A stretch of 64,000 nt of DNA from Aquificaceae bacterium (GTDB lineage Bacteria > Aquificota > Aquificia > Aquificales > Aquificaceae), in the NCBI GenBank assembly GCA_041640635.1, contig JBEPZX010000007.1, positions 11,798 through 75,797 of the forward strand, in the 5' to 3' direction. Both the position numbers and the translations under genes were made by a program. Shown one piece after another: positions 1-10,471 of the stretch (position 1 is its first letter; every line of letters starts with the position of its first letter). The notes under the pieces were generated by a model, which saw nothing but the letters and a program-made list of their open reading frames with translations, was not told where the DNA came from and made no database searches.

Positions 1-339
1 TCTAAAGGATTTAAAACCGCATTGGATGATTTTGGAGAAGGCTACTCTTCGCTTAAAATGCTTGAAGCCTTATCTCCAGATTATATAAAAATTGATATGC
101 ACTTTGTAAGGAACATACATAACGAAAGTTTTAAGAGAACAATAGTGAGCTCCATTGTCTCCGCAGCCAAAAGAATGGGAATTAATACAATTGCTGAAGG
201 AATAGAAACAAAGGAGGAGTATCTGACTGTTGTTGAGTTAGGTGTGGATTTTGTTCAAGGATACTTGTTTGCAAAGCCAACTGAAGACATAAATATAGAA
301 GCATATAAACTTACATCGGTTAATCTCAGACCATTTTAG
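1..339 (+). CDS. EAL-domain (c-di-GMP phosphodiesterase) protein, C-terminal fragment; 5' end lies upstream of window
   Basis: Frame 1 is open from nt 1 (SKGFKTALDDFGEGYSSL...). The ORF track's TTG start at 22 is artificial. Sequence shows EAL-domain C-terminal motifs (DDFGxGYSSL, IKIDxxFV, AEGIET, VQGYLFAKP). Confidence 0.75.
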   Translation, partial: SKGFKTALDDFGEGYSSLKMLEALSPDYIKIDMHFVRNIHNESFKRTIVSSIVSAAKRMGINTIAEGIETKEEYLTVVELGVDFVQGYLFAKPTEDINIEAYKLTSVNLRPF

Positions 340-434
340 TAAAAACCTTTTAGTGCGCAAATAGATACACTTAAGCACTTGTAATTTTGAAGAAACCTTT
401 CCTAAAAAGCTAATTAAACGGAAAAAGCCGGTAT

Positions 435-1598
435 TTATGCAAATATGTTCAGGAGCCTATTAAGTATCTCTTCCGCTGCTCTTAGCTTGTTCTGATTTTT
501 AATTTCGAAAATTCCATCACTCTTTGTTACCACATAGCCTTTGTAACTTCCGGATCCCATAACTTGTATAGGATTTACAACTATAGCATCTAGATTTTTT
601 CTCTTTAGCTTTTCCCTACCCAGTTGCAACATCCGATCTTCTTCTTCCAGGGCAAAACCTATAAGTACCTTTTCTCCTTTTAACTTTCCCAAGGATTCTA
701 GTATATCTATGTTTTTTACGAGTTCCAAAGTTAAAGTATCCTTTTTTTTCATCTTGCCTTTGTAGGTTTCTATAGGTCTATAATCTGCAACAGCTGCATT
801 CATAATCACTATATCTGCCCATTGTAAATTATCCAGTACCTTTTGATACATCTCCATAGCGGATGAGGCTTTGATTATTTCCACATTTTGCGGTTCCAAA
901 GCAGTAGTAAAACCTGCTATCACTCTAACATTGGCACCGTACCATCTAAAAACCCTTGCCAAAGAAAATCCCATCTCACCTGTAGAATAATTAGATATAA
1001 ATCTTACGCTGTCTATAAACTCTCTAGTAGATCCACATGTTAATAAAACATTTTTTCCTTCTAAGACTTTTGGTCTTATAGCATACTCTATCCAGTCAAT
1101 GAGTTTTTCTTTGCTGGCAAGCTTTCCTTGCCCATAATCTTGACAAGCCAGTAGCCCTTCATCTGGCTCTATTATTATGTGTCCAAGTTCTTTTAGGTGT
1201 TTTACGTGTTTTTGAACTGTAGGATTTTTGTACATGTTGGTATTAGCCGCAGGTGCTATGAGCAGATTTTTGGGGTAAGCCAATACGGTTGTGGTCAATA
1301 AGTTATCTGCCAAACCCAAAGCTATCTTTGAAAGTGTATTTATGCTACATGGTGCAATCATAAATACATCAGCCCACTTAGCAATATTTATGTGAATTAA
1401 TGGATCATCTTCCCAATCTTTATATGTCTTATATCCTGTTAGGGTATCAAAAGTTAAAGAGCTTACAAACCTTTCCGCAAAAGGTGTCATTATCACTTTA
1501 ACATCATGATTTGCAAGCTTTAATTCTCTAACCACATCGCACATTTTATAGACTGAAATGCTGGATGAAATACCCAATAACACTCTAGCCATAAACAT
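435..1598 (-). CDS. coaBC: Bifunctional phosphopantothenoylcysteine decarboxylase / phosphopantothenate-cysteine ligase (CoaBC/Dfp)
   Basis: 387 aa. N-terminal flavoprotein decarboxylase domain (LLGISGSIA-like, PAxxNTxxK) and C-terminal CoaB ligase domain (VLLTCGSTRExID..RFISNxSTG, AAVADY). Confidence 0.9.
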   Translation of the reverse strand: MFMARVLLGISSSISVYKMCDVVRELKLANHDVKVIMTPFAERFVSSLTFDTLTGYKTYKDWEDDPLIHINIAKWADVFMIAPCSINTLSKIALGLADNLLTTTVLAYPKNLLIAPAANTNMYKNPTVQKHVKHLKELGHIIIEPDEGLLACQDYGQGKLASKEKLIDWIEYAIRPKVLEGKNVLLTCGSTREFIDSVRFISNYSTGEMGFSLARVFRWYGANVRVIAGFTTALEPQNVEIIKASSAMEMYQKVLDNLQWADIVIMNAAVADYRPIETYKGKMKKKDTLTLELVKNIDILESLGKLKGEKVLIGFALEEEDRMLQLGREKLKRKNLDAIVVNPIQVMGSGSYKGYVVTKSDGIFEIKNQNKLRAAEEILNRLLNIFA

Positions 1599-1665
1599 AT
1601 CTTAACCAAATCTTCATCAAAACTTAATGAAAGTTTAACACAAGAGTTTTAACCTTAAAAATGAG

Positions 1666-2409
1666 ATGTTAGCTATAGTAGAAGTACACGATGTTAGTCC
1701 TTACTACTACGATGAGTTTTGTAAGTGTCTGGAATTGCTGAGTTTAACTGGAATAAGCAAGTTTAGTTTACTCGTAATTCCAAACTTTAGGGATAGTTAT
1801 CCTATATACAGGTATCCAGGTTTTGTTAATACCTTACATTACTCTAAGCAAGAAATAATAATGCATGGATACAATCATACATCCAGGTTCAAGTTAAAAG
1901 AAGCCCTTTATACCTATGGGGAGGGAGAGATGGGAGGGCTAACATTACAAGAAGTTTATAAGAAAATAGAAAGCGCTATAGATATTTTCCAAATAGCTAA
2001 ACTAAACACAAGTTTTTTTGTATCCCCCGCTTGGATATCTAATCCTTTTTTAGAGGATGTTCTTTCTTCATTTGGTTTTTTGGGTGTAGGTTACAGAAAG
2101 TACTTAAAAAATATTGAAAACAATCATACTGTACCATCGCGTGTTATAACTTTTTCCAGCAGAAAGGTACTTTCTTACTTAAGTACTAAAGTTCTATTGA
2201 CTGTTTACAAGCTGATTAAAGATGATCCAGTTTTGAGGTTAGCTCTGCATATGAAGGATTTTTCAAGTAAAAAGAAAATAGCCCTTTGGAGGCTTCTATT
2301 GAAAGAGATAAAAAACAGTAGGAGGTTAGTAAGCTATGGAGAGTTACTTGGCAAAAGCGGATCTTCACCTTCACTCCAAGGCTTCCAATCAGCCAGGTGG
2401 ATGGTTTAG
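1666..2409 (+). CDS. DUF2334-like predicted polysaccharide deacetylase
   Basis: 247 aa. N-terminal VEVHDVSP motif typical of DUF2334. It heads a cluster with two glycosyltransferases. Confidence 0.5.
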   Translation: MLAIVEVHDVSPYYYDEFCKCLELLSLTGISKFSLLVIPNFRDSYPIYRYPGFVNTLHYSKQEIIMHGYNHTSRFKLKEALYTYGEGEMGGLTLQEVYKKIESAIDIFQIAKLNTSFFVSPAWISNPFLEDVLSSFGFLGVGYRKYLKNIENNHTVPSRVITFSSRKVLSYLSTKVLLTVYKLIKDDPVLRLALHMKDFSSKKKIALWRLLLKEIKNSRRLVSYGELLGKSGSSPSLQGFQSARWMV

Positions 2410-4579
2410 TAAGCTCATAGGATGTCCTGAGAGTTACGCAGAGCCAAAAGAAATATATAACAGGTTAAAAGAGAGAGGAATGAGCTTTGTGACCATAACG
2501 GATCATAACACAATAGACGGGGTTTTAGAAATAGCCCATCACAACGATGTATTTGTAAGTTGTGAATACACAGTTGAGTTCCCTAAAGAGGAGTTGAGTA
2601 TTCATATACTAGCATACGGGATAGATGAAAACATTCATAGAGATCTTCTTATGCTGAGAGATAATGTATACGATTTTGTACAATACTTAAGAAGCAAAAA
2701 TGTGGCTTACAGTTTAGCCCATCCTCTATACTCTGTGAAAAGTTCTAAGATTACAAAGAGTGTAATAGAAAGATTCGTCTTGTTATTTGACAATTGGGAA
2801 GTCATAAACGGTACTAGGGGAGACCAAGTAAGATACATAGAGGAATCCATAGCACGTATGTACGACGGATGGGACAAGATTCACGAGCTCGAGAATAAGT
2901 ACAATATAAAATCTCTGAGGACAAGACCCTTTATATCCTTTACCGCTGGTTCAGATGATCATGGTGGTATGGATGTAGGAAGAACATGGACATCAGCACC
3001 TGCAAGAAGTGTCGGAGAATATCTAAAGGCACTAAAGGAAGGTAAAACGCAAGTTGACACAGAGAACTTAGGAGATGAAAGACTTATAAACATGATTTCT
3101 AGAGTAGCATACGCTCATATAAACACTAGATATAAACTTCCCAAAGATTTAAAGGAAGTATTGGATTATGTGTTTATGTACTCTAACAGTTTAAAAAGCG
3201 AAGTGATAATAAGGCACTTACTTAACATAAACGGAGAAAGGCATATTATACCCAAAGAAATTCTAAAAAAATTACCTTTCTTAAGTATGCAGAGACTAAT
3301 CGATTCTCCTTCTACATCTACTTTTGGTGAAGCTCTTATATCTCTGATTCTACAACTTGTGCCCCTCGGTATAACTTATATGAAACATCAAGAACAGTCA
3401 AAAGTAGAAGATATAGCTAAATCTATGAACATAAAGGTAACCAAGGGATACAGGCTTGCTTACATAACAGACACATACTACGAAATAAACGGAGTAGCAA
3501 GAACAGCTCGTATAGTAAGGCAAATTTCTCAAGAGTATGGACTACCTGTTGATGTAATTATTTCCGATAAAGAATCTTACAAAGAGGAAAATCTTATTGC
3601 TATAAAATCCCATTTAGAATTTGGACTTCCCTATTACCCTGAATTTAAAGTAAGAATCCCTTCCATATTGGATCTTTTGGAATTAATTCAGGATGGAAAA
3701 TACACCCATATTCATGTATCTACACCTTCAGCTCTTGGAATAATGGCATTAATTGTTGCAAAACTACTAAATTTAAAGGTAAGTTTCACATTCCATACAG
3801 ATATACCATCTTACGCCTTGGTTTATACTCAGAGCAAAGATATGGAAGATATTCTATGGAAAGCATTTAGCATTATATGCCATGCTTGCGATAAGGTTTT
3901 CGTTCCATCAATGCATTACGCAAGAATCATTATGATGAATACAAATTTAGATTACTCAAAAGTAAAAATCTTCAAAAGAGGTGTAAATATAGAAACCTTT
4001 AACTCAGCAAAAAAAGATCCCATGTTTTGGAACGAACTTTTGGGAATTAAGCCGAACAAAAAAGTTGTCCTTTACGTAGGAAGAGTTTCCAAAGAGAAGA
4101 ATCTAGATGTTTTTCTTTATCTTGCAAAAATATTCCCAGAAGAAGCATTTGTTGTTGTAGGCGACGGACCATATAGAAGAGAGCTAGAACAAAACAAACC
4201 TAAGAATGTATTCTTCACTGGATTTTTGGAAGGGGAAAAACTAGCAAAGGCTTATGCTTCGTCTTACGTATTTGTGTTCCCATCGGAAACCGATACCTAT
4301 GCGCAGGTAGTTTTGGAAGCTATGGCTAGTGGACTTCCAGTTATTGTTAGTTCGAAAGGAGCCTCACACGAACACGTGGAAGATGGGCTAAACGGTTTTA
4401 TAGCAAACTCAAAAGAAGAGTTTGCTTACAAGCTAGCTTATATATTGGAAAATGAACCTTTGAGAGATACAATGGCAAAGGAAGCCAACTTTTATGCAAA
4501 CTCACTAGAAATAAAGACCACTTATTTAGAATATCTAAGCAAAATTATGGATGGTATGTTAAATTATGAAACTGCTTGA
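2336..4579 (+). CDS. PHP-domain phosphoesterase fused to a family-1 (GT4, GT-B fold) glycosyltransferase
   Basis: 747 aa. The N-terminus ADLHLHSKAS...ITDHNTIDG is a PHP metal-binding signature. The C-terminal ~350 aa carry a GT4 signature (VGRVSKEKN...VVGDGP...FVFPSETDTYAQVVLEAMASGLPVIVS, the E-x7-E region). Overlaps the upstream ORF by 74 nt. Confidence 0.75.
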   Translation: MESYLAKADLHLHSKASNQPGGWFSKLIGCPESYAEPKEIYNRLKERGMSFVTITDHNTIDGVLEIAHHNDVFVSCEYTVEFPKEELSIHILAYGIDENIHRDLLMLRDNVYDFVQYLRSKNVAYSLAHPLYSVKSSKITKSVIERFVLLFDNWEVINGTRGDQVRYIEESIARMYDGWDKIHELENKYNIKSLRTRPFISFTAGSDDHGGMDVGRTWTSAPARSVGEYLKALKEGKTQVDTENLGDERLINMISRVAYAHINTRYKLPKDLKEVLDYVFMYSNSLKSEVIIRHLLNINGERHIIPKEILKKLPFLSMQRLIDSPSTSTFGEALISLILQLVPLGITYMKHQEQSKVEDIAKSMNIKVTKGYRLAYITDTYYEINGVARTARIVRQISQEYGLPVDVIISDKESYKEENLIAIKSHLEFGLPYYPEFKVRIPSILDLLELIQDGKYTHIHVSTPSALGIMALIVAKLLNLKVSFTFHTDIPSYALVYTQSKDMEDILWKAFSIICHACDKVFVPSMHYARIIMMNTNLDYSKVKIFKRGVNIETFNSAKKDPMFWNELLGIKPNKKVVLYVGRVSKEKNLDVFLYLAKIFPEEAFVVVGDGPYRRELEQNKPKNVFFTGFLEGEKLAKAYASSYVFVFPSETDTYAQVVLEAMASGLPVIVSSKGASHEHVEDGLNGFIANSKEEFAYKLAYILENEPLRDTMAKEANFYANSLEIKTTYLEYLSKIMDGMLNYETA

Positions 4580-5672
4580 TCTAACACCGTATTTTCACAA
4601 AAAAAGCGGTGGGATAAAAAGCTTCATACTAAAAAAGGTAGATTATCTTCCAAAATACGAAGTGCAACACGTAGTAGTAATACCGGGCAAAGAAAGAAAA
4701 AAGTACATGTATGGTTCTACAGTGTTTTACGAAGTTCCGTCTTTTCATATTCCTTTTTCGGGTGGGTATAGATTTTTTAGTGGACTAAAGGAAATAAAGG
4801 AAATTATACGACAAGAAAAACCCGACATTGTGGAGCTTGGGGGGACCTACACCATAGCTCCTTTTTTTGCCGATAAAGATTACCTGCTCTCTATATTCTA
4901 CCACTCGGATGCAAAAAAAGAGTTGGGTTTCATACCATCAACAAAGTATATGAAAGAGAGGTTTTTCAGTCTCTTGATAGACAGATGCATATCCAAAGCA
5001 GACTTAGTTATCAGCCCTTCTGAAAAGTATTCGCAATCTTTAATGGAAAAGATAAATAAAGTTTATACGTGTCCACTAGGGGTAGACACCAAGATATTTA
5101 ATCCTAGCAAAAGGGATGAAAGTTCTTTTAGAAAGAAATTTAATATACAAGAAGAAACTATACTTCTATACGTAGGCAGGCTAACAGTAGAAAAAAGGAT
5201 AGATATACTAATGAGCGCCATTGAACAATTGGATAAGAAACTTTACCATCTTTTAATAGTTGGATCTGGACCTCTAAAACTCTATGTAAAAGCTAAATCC
5301 AAAATACTTAAAAATGTAACATTTATTGATTACGTGACTTCCCAAGAAGAGCTATCCTATATATACTCCAATTGTCATATGTTTGTCAGCGCTTCTAAGT
5401 ATGAAACCTTTGGACTAGCTTTCCTAGAAGCTCAATCTAGTGGCTTGCCTGTAGTAGCTTTTGATTTAAACCTAGAAACTCAACTCCTAAAGGATTTCTT
5501 GGCTAAGGATTTTACCGTAGAAGCACTGGCACATGCTATATCCATTGCTAGGGAAAAACTTAATCCTACTATAAGAGAGTACTTACACACAAAAGTAAGA
5601 AGCTTATTTTCTTGGGAGAGCAGTTTCGATACGTATATGAGTATATATATGCAACATATGAGTTTAGTTTGA
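4566..5672 (+). CDS. Glycosyltransferase family 1 (GT4)
   Basis: 368 aa. LLYVGRLTVEKRID...ETFGLAFLEAQSSGLPVVAF is a GT4 C-terminal domain. Overlaps the previous gene by 14 nt. Confidence 0.8.
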   Translation: MKLLDLTPYFHKKSGGIKSFILKKVDYLPKYEVQHVVVIPGKERKKYMYGSTVFYEVPSFHIPFSGGYRFFSGLKEIKEIIRQEKPDIVELGGTYTIAPFFADKDYLLSIFYHSDAKKELGFIPSTKYMKERFFSLLIDRCISKADLVISPSEKYSQSLMEKINKVYTCPLGVDTKIFNPSKRDESSFRKKFNIQEETILLYVGRLTVEKRIDILMSAIEQLDKKLYHLLIVGSGPLKLYVKAKSKILKNVTFIDYVTSQEELSYIYSNCHMFVSASKYETFGLAFLEAQSSGLPVVAFDLNLETQLLKDFLAKDFTVEALAHAISIAREKLNPTIREYLHTKVRSLFSWESSFDTYMSIYMQHMSLV

Positions 5673-5795
5673 TTCAAAAGTTAGTCAATCTTTGCAAAAG
5701 TTAATTCTTTCTAATGTTTAAGCAGTGTTTTAATAAAGTTTAGATATATACGTAACGGATAAAATTGGCTTACAAAACTTATATAATTAAAGTTT

Positions 5796-7628
5796 ATGCA
5801 AGAGTATAATCCAAAACACATAGAAGGAAAATGGCAAAAACACTGGGAAGAGCAAGGTGTTTTTAAAACACAAGAAGGTGACAGCACACAAAAAATGTAC
5901 GTGCTAGAGATGTTTCCTTATCCATCTGGCAGGATACATATGGGGCATGTGAGAAACTATACCATAGGGGATGCATTATCTAGATACCTAAGACTAAAAG
6001 GTTACAATGTTCTTCATCCTATGGGTTGGGATGCTTTCGGTCTCCCAGCAGAGAATGCTGCTATAAAGCACGGTGTACATCCAGCTGAATGGACATATGA
6101 AAACATAACGTATATGAAAAAACAACTAAAACTACTAGGTTTATCCTACGATTGGGATAGGGAGATAGCAACCTGTAATCCAGAATACTACAAATTCAAC
6201 CAATGGATATTTTTGAGGATGTACGAAAAAGGGCTTGTCTATAGAAAAACAGCAGAGGTTAATTGGTGTCCCAACGACCAGACAGTCTTAGCTAACGAAC
6301 AAGTTATAGATGGAAAGTGCTGGAGATGTTCCACGCCAATAGTTAGAAAAGAAGTCCCTTCTTGGTATATACGCATAACTGCTTATGCGGAAAGGTTGCT
6401 TGAGGACTTAAAGAAACTCGAAGGACACTGGCCAGAAAGAGTTATTGCTCAACAAAGAAACTGGATAGGAAAGTCAGAAGGTGCCACCATAGTGTTTTAT
6501 GTAGATGATATACCCATAGAGGTTTTTACGACTAGACCTGACACTGTTTTTGGGGCTACCTTCTTGGCTTTGGCTCCAGAGCATCCTTTAACCTTAGAAC
6601 TTGCGAAAAAGGGAACTAATTACCAAGCTGTAGCTGAATTTGTAGATAAGATAAAATCAATGTCAACACGTGAACGGGGAACTCTTGCGGAGAAAGAAGG
6701 TGTATTCTTAGGTGTGTATGCTAAAAATCCAGCTAATGGGGAACTGATTCCTGTTTGGACAGTAAACTACGTGCTCTACGAGTATGGAACAGGCGCCATA
6801 ATGGCTGTACCAGCTCATGACCAAAGGGATATGGAATTTGCAAAAAAGTACAATCTTCCAATAAGAGTAGTAATAAAACCTTACTCAGAACACGATTGGA
6901 ACTTAGCTTATGAGGGTGATGGCACTTTAATGAACTCTCATCCTTTTGATAACATGGATTCCAAGAGCGCAAAAAAAGCTATAACTCAGTGGTTAAAAGA
7001 TAAAGGTTTTGGGAACTTTAAGGTGAGCTATAAACTCAGAGATTGGAATATATCAAGACAGAGATACTGGGGAACTCCAATACCTATAATCCATTGTCCA
7101 AACTGTGGCATAGTTCCCGTACCGGAAGAGGACCTTCCCGTCTTGCTTCCTTCCAATGTAAGTATAACTGGGCATGGAAATCCACTTGGAAGTGTTCCAG
7201 AATTTGTGAATGTTAAATGTCCAAAATGTGGAAGTGATGCAAAAAGAGAAACAGATACAATGGACACATTTTTTGACTCTTCTTGGTATTTTCTACGCTT
7301 TTGTGATCCAAAAAACGAAAAACTACCTTTTTCAGAAGAAAAGGTAAATTATTGGATGCCTGTGGATACCTATATAGGTGGTATAGAGCACGCTGTTTTG
7401 CACCTTCTGTATGCAAGATTTTTCCAAAAATTTTTATATGATTTAGGCTTAGTAAAGTATGATGAGCCTTTTAAAAACTTGGTAACCCAAGGTATGTTAC
7501 TAAAGAGATGGGTAAGCATAGGGAATTTCATGTCTTATATGAATTTGATATTAGACGATAATATAGAAAAACTCATCCATATTATAGAGGAGGTATCCAA
7601 TGACAAAGGAATTCGAAATAGGCCTTAA
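5796..7628 (+). CDS. leuS: Leucyl-tRNA synthetase, alpha subunit of a split LeuRS
   Basis: 610 aa, with the HMGH motif ([15 protein letters not shown]) and the editing/CP1 region. It ends just after the NLVTQGM region and before any KMSKS motif, as in the two-subunit alpha/beta LeuRS of Aquifex. No SD precedes the ATG, and TATAAT lies about 10 nt upstream (possibly leaderless). Confidence 0.9.
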   Translation: MQEYNPKHIEGKWQKHWEEQGVFKTQEGDSTQKMYVLEMFPYPSGRIHMGHVRNYTIGDALSRYLRLKGYNVLHPMGWDAFGLPAENAAIKHGVHPAEWTYENITYMKKQLKLLGLSYDWDREIATCNPEYYKFNQWIFLRMYEKGLVYRKTAEVNWCPNDQTVLANEQVIDGKCWRCSTPIVRKEVPSWYIRITAYAERLLEDLKKLEGHWPERVIAQQRNWIGKSEGATIVFYVDDIPIEVFTTRPDTVFGATFLALAPEHPLTLELAKKGTNYQAVAEFVDKIKSMSTRERGTLAEKEGVFLGVYAKNPANGELIPVWTVNYVLYEYGTGAIMAVPAHDQRDMEFAKKYNLPIRVVIKPYSEHDWNLAYEGDGTLMNSHPFDNMDSKSAKKAITQWLKDKGFGNFKVSYKLRDWNISRQRYWGTPIPIIHCPNCGIVPVPEEDLPVLLPSNVSITGHGNPLGSVPEFVNVKCPKCGSDAKRETDTMDTFFDSSWYFLRFCDPKNEKLPFSEEKVNYWMPVDTYIGGIEHAVLHLLYARFFQKFLYDLGLVKYDEPFKNLVTQGMLLKRWVSIGNFMSYMNLILDDNIEKLIHIIEEVSNDKGIRNRP

Positions 7629-7926
7629 CCTCATACGTACCGTATCAGGTCAGATGAGTTCCATAATAGAAACTCAAGATAGTTCTTCTGTAAAGAAGGT
7701 TGTTAAATCTATATTTAATCCTATAGTGGCTGCTGCTTATCAAATAAGAGTAGGAGAAGGTCCGAAAAAGGAAGAAATTTTGAATACTCTAATAAGTTTA
7801 GTCAAATTAATGAGAGATTTGGAAGACATAAATGGTATAAAGGTGAAAGCAAAAGATCTACTAAATTTAGTAAAAGATGTAGAAATGGAGCTAAACAATG
7901 CTACAAAAGGAAATGCAACCAGTTAA
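7600..7926 (+). CDS. Hypothetical protein (108 aa)
   Basis: A strong SD (GAGGAGG) sits 7 nt upstream of the ATG. The ORF overlaps the leuS-alpha 3' end by 29 nt and the panB 5' end. No recognisable motif. Confidence 0.45.
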   Translation: MTKEFEIGLNLIRTVSGQMSSIIETQDSSSVKKVVKSIFNPIVAAAYQIRVGEGPKKEEILNTLISLVKLMRDLEDINGIKVKAKDLLNLVKDVEMELNNATKGNATS

Positions 7927-8713
7927 TATAAAGACTCTTTTGAAAAAGAAAAGAGAAAGGAAGAAGATAACCATGGTTTCTACTTACGACTATATATCTG
8001 CTAAACTTTGCGATGAAGTGGGAATAGATTGTGTCTTGGTAGGTGATTCTTTAGGTATGGTTTTTCAAGGAATGAATACCACTCTTCATGTTACTTTGGA
8101 TGAGATGATATACCATACCAAGATTGTTAAAAAAGCTTGTAATAGAGCTTTCGTTATAGCAGATATGCCTTTTATGAGCTATCAAGTTAGTATAGAAAAA
8201 TCTATAGAGAATTGTGGAAAGGTGATAAAAGAAACAGGTGCTAACGCAGTAAAGCTTGAAGGTGGTGAAGAAATCGCAGAACTCGTTTATAAACTAGTAA
8301 ATATTGGAATACCAATTGTTGGGCATGTAGGTATGACTCCACAAAGTGTAAATGTGTTAGGAGGCTTTAGGGTAGTAGGAAAAGTAGAAGAGGAGAAAGA
8401 AAGAGTTATTAAAGATTATAAGGCCTTGGAAGAAGCTGGAGCTTTTATGATAGTATTGGAAAGTGTACCAAGAGATCTTTGCAGCCAGATAAATAGTTCT
8501 TCAAAAAGCATAACCATAGGTATAGGTGCAGGTCCAGATTGCGATGGACAAGTGCTGGTATTTCACGATTTGGTAGGTCTAACACAGGATAAAAAACCAA
8601 AGTTTGTCAAAAGGTATGCTGATGGATACAGCTTATTTAAATCAGCTTTACTAGAATATAAAAGGGAAGTGGAAGAGGGTATTTTCCCTTCTGAAGGGGA
8701 GAGTTATGGATGA
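7913..8713 (+). CDS. panB: 3-methyl-2-oxobutanoate hydroxymethyltransferase (ketopantoate hydroxymethyltransferase)
   Basis: STYDY...LVGDSLGMV...ADMPFMSY...KLEGG...GHVGMTPQ are PanB signatures. The start is moved to MQPVN (the ORF track gives 7898) by alignment logic with E. coli PanB. Confidence 0.9.
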   Translation: MQPVNIKTLLKKKRERKKITMVSTYDYISAKLCDEVGIDCVLVGDSLGMVFQGMNTTLHVTLDEMIYHTKIVKKACNRAFVIADMPFMSYQVSIEKSIENCGKVIKETGANAVKLEGGEEIAELVYKLVNIGIPIVGHVGMTPQSVNVLGGFRVVGKVEEEKERVIKDYKALEEAGAFMIVLESVPRDLCSQINSSSKSITIGIGAGPDCDGQVLVFHDLVGLTQDKKPKFVKRYADGYSLFKSALLEYKREVEEGIFPSEGESYG

Positions 8714-10409
8714 AACAAAGCTCTTAGAACTTTTTGTTAGGGTTGGTTACATAACCAAGGAGCAGTCTAAAGAAGCACTAACAAAGAAAGAAAAGAATGA
8801 GAGTATTATAAACACGCTCATAAGACTAGGGTTTTTAGACGAGGAGAAATTAATAGAGTTCTATTCGGCTTTCATGCCCAACAAGGTGTGGAAAGGTAAA
8901 CTAGAGGATGTATCGCTTCCTGATAATATTCTAAGAAAAATACCAGAAAGCTTTATAAAAGAGAAGTTGGCTGTTCCTGTTAAGTATCACGAAGACGGAA
9001 AGCTGGAAGTTATTATGCTTAACCCCTATGATCAGTCAATTGTAAACGAAATAAGATTCAGAACAAAGATAAATACAATACTGGCTTATGCAGCACCAAA
9101 GAGTACTATAGAAGCAGCTATTAATAAGCTTTATCCAGAAACAGAAAAAATTCTTGAAGAAATTAACTTAGAAGAAGAGGTAGAAATAGAGTCTCCAGAC
9201 TCCGAAATAAGTGTGGACATAGCACTAAGAGAAAGTGGTGAGGCTCCTATAGTAAAGCTAGGAAATGGTATCATATTTGAAGCCGTTAACTTAGGAGCAT
9301 CAGACATTCATATAGAACCGCAAGAGAAAGAAGTTTTAGTAAGATATAGGGTAGATGGGATTTTAAAAGTATATCATAGATTGCCTTTGCGTGTAAAGGA
9401 TGCCTTAATAGCAAGATTTAAAATAATGGCTAATGTGAAAATAGAGGAGAAGAGGTTACCTCAAGATGGAAGGATACGCATAAGAATTTCCGGCAGGAAG
9501 ATAGATCTGAGATTTTCCACAGTGCCGACTGTATATGGAGAAAAGATTGTTATGAGGATCCAGGAAGCAGAAAAGTACTTAGGTGTAAAGTTGGAAGACT
9601 TAGGTTTTGAGTTAGATGATTTAGAGAAGTTTAGAAAAGCCATATGGACACCTTGGGGAATGGTCTTGGTTACTGGACCTACAGGAAGTGGAAAAACTAC
9701 TACTCTTTACTCTGCATTAATGGAGAGAAATAGCCCAGATGTCAACATAATGACAGCGGAAGATCCAGTAGAAGTATCCATTCCAGGTTTAAATCAGGTT
9801 CATGTTAGAGAGGATATAGGTCTCACATTTGCTAGCGTCTTGAGAGCATTCCTAAGACAAGATCCAGACATAATCCTCATAGGTGAGATAAGGGATAAAG
9901 AAACAGCTGAAATTGGAATAAAGGCTGCTTTAACTGGGCACTTGGTATTCTCCACTCTGCACACAAACGATGCTCCATCTAGCATAACAAGATTAGTCGA
10001 TATGGGTGTAGAACCTTTCTTAGTTGGATCATCAGTGATACTTATAGTAGCACAAAGGTTAGTTAGAAAGCTGTGTCCCAAATGTAAAAAGCCTGCTGAC
10101 ATACCAAAAGAAGCACTTTTTAGATTAGGTGTTATAAACAATCTGGACGAAGATATAACCATATATACTCATAGTCCTGAAGGATGTGATTTTTGCAAAG
10201 GCAGTGGTTACAAGGGTAGAACAGCTGTTCATGAGTTGCTCGAAGTTGATGAAGACATGAGGAGATTGATAGTTAAAGGTGCTACGGCGGAAGATATTAG
10301 AGACTTGGCAAAAAAACAGGGCATGAGAACATTGTATCAGTCTGGTATTCTAAAAGTTAGAAAAGGTTTGACTTCTCTTGAAGAGGTAGAGAGAGTTTTA
10401 GCCAAGTGA
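8706..10409 (+). CDS. pilB: Type IV pilus assembly / type II secretion ATPase (PilB/GspE family)
   Basis: 567 aa. N-terminal T2SSE_N-like domain; Walker A GPTGSGKTTT; Asp and His boxes; tetra-Cys zinc motif (CPKCKK...CDFCKGSG). Confidence 0.85.
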   Translation: MDETKLLELFVRVGYITKEQSKEALTKKEKNESIINTLIRLGFLDEEKLIEFYSAFMPNKVWKGKLEDVSLPDNILRKIPESFIKEKLAVPVKYHEDGKLEVIMLNPYDQSIVNEIRFRTKINTILAYAAPKSTIEAAINKLYPETEKILEEINLEEEVEIESPDSEISVDIALRESGEAPIVKLGNGIIFEAVNLGASDIHIEPQEKEVLVRYRVDGILKVYHRLPLRVKDALIARFKIMANVKIEEKRLPQDGRIRIRISGRKIDLRFSTVPTVYGEKIVMRIQEAEKYLGVKLEDLGFELDDLEKFRKAIWTPWGMVLVTGPTGSGKTTTLYSALMERNSPDVNIMTAEDPVEVSIPGLNQVHVREDIGLTFASVLRAFLRQDPDIILIGEIRDKETAEIGIKAALTGHLVFSTLHTNDAPSSITRLVDMGVEPFLVGSSVILIVAQRLVRKLCPKCKKPADIPKEALFRLGVINNLDEDITIYTHSPEGCDFCKGSGYKGRTAVHELLEVDEDMRRLIVKGATAEDIRDLAKKQGMRTLYQSGILKVRKGLTSLEEVERVLAK

Positions 10410-10471
10410 AATCGCGTAGAAAATGAGAATGCTCATAAACCATGGTTTTCATTGTAAATAATAATTAAATA

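Noticed and set aside
6733-7416. Three minus-strand ORFs (79, 79 and 67 aa) inside leuS-alpha
   Set aside because: They lie antisense within a strongly supported conserved CDS and have low-complexity composition; typical shadow ORFs of an AT-rich genome.
10410-10471. Palindromes after pilB (ATGAGaatgCTCAT; AAACCATGGTTT) as an intrinsic terminator
   Set aside because: Stems are only 5 bp, AT-rich, and not followed by a U-tract. The downstream gene is co-directional 62 nt away, so read-through is more likely.
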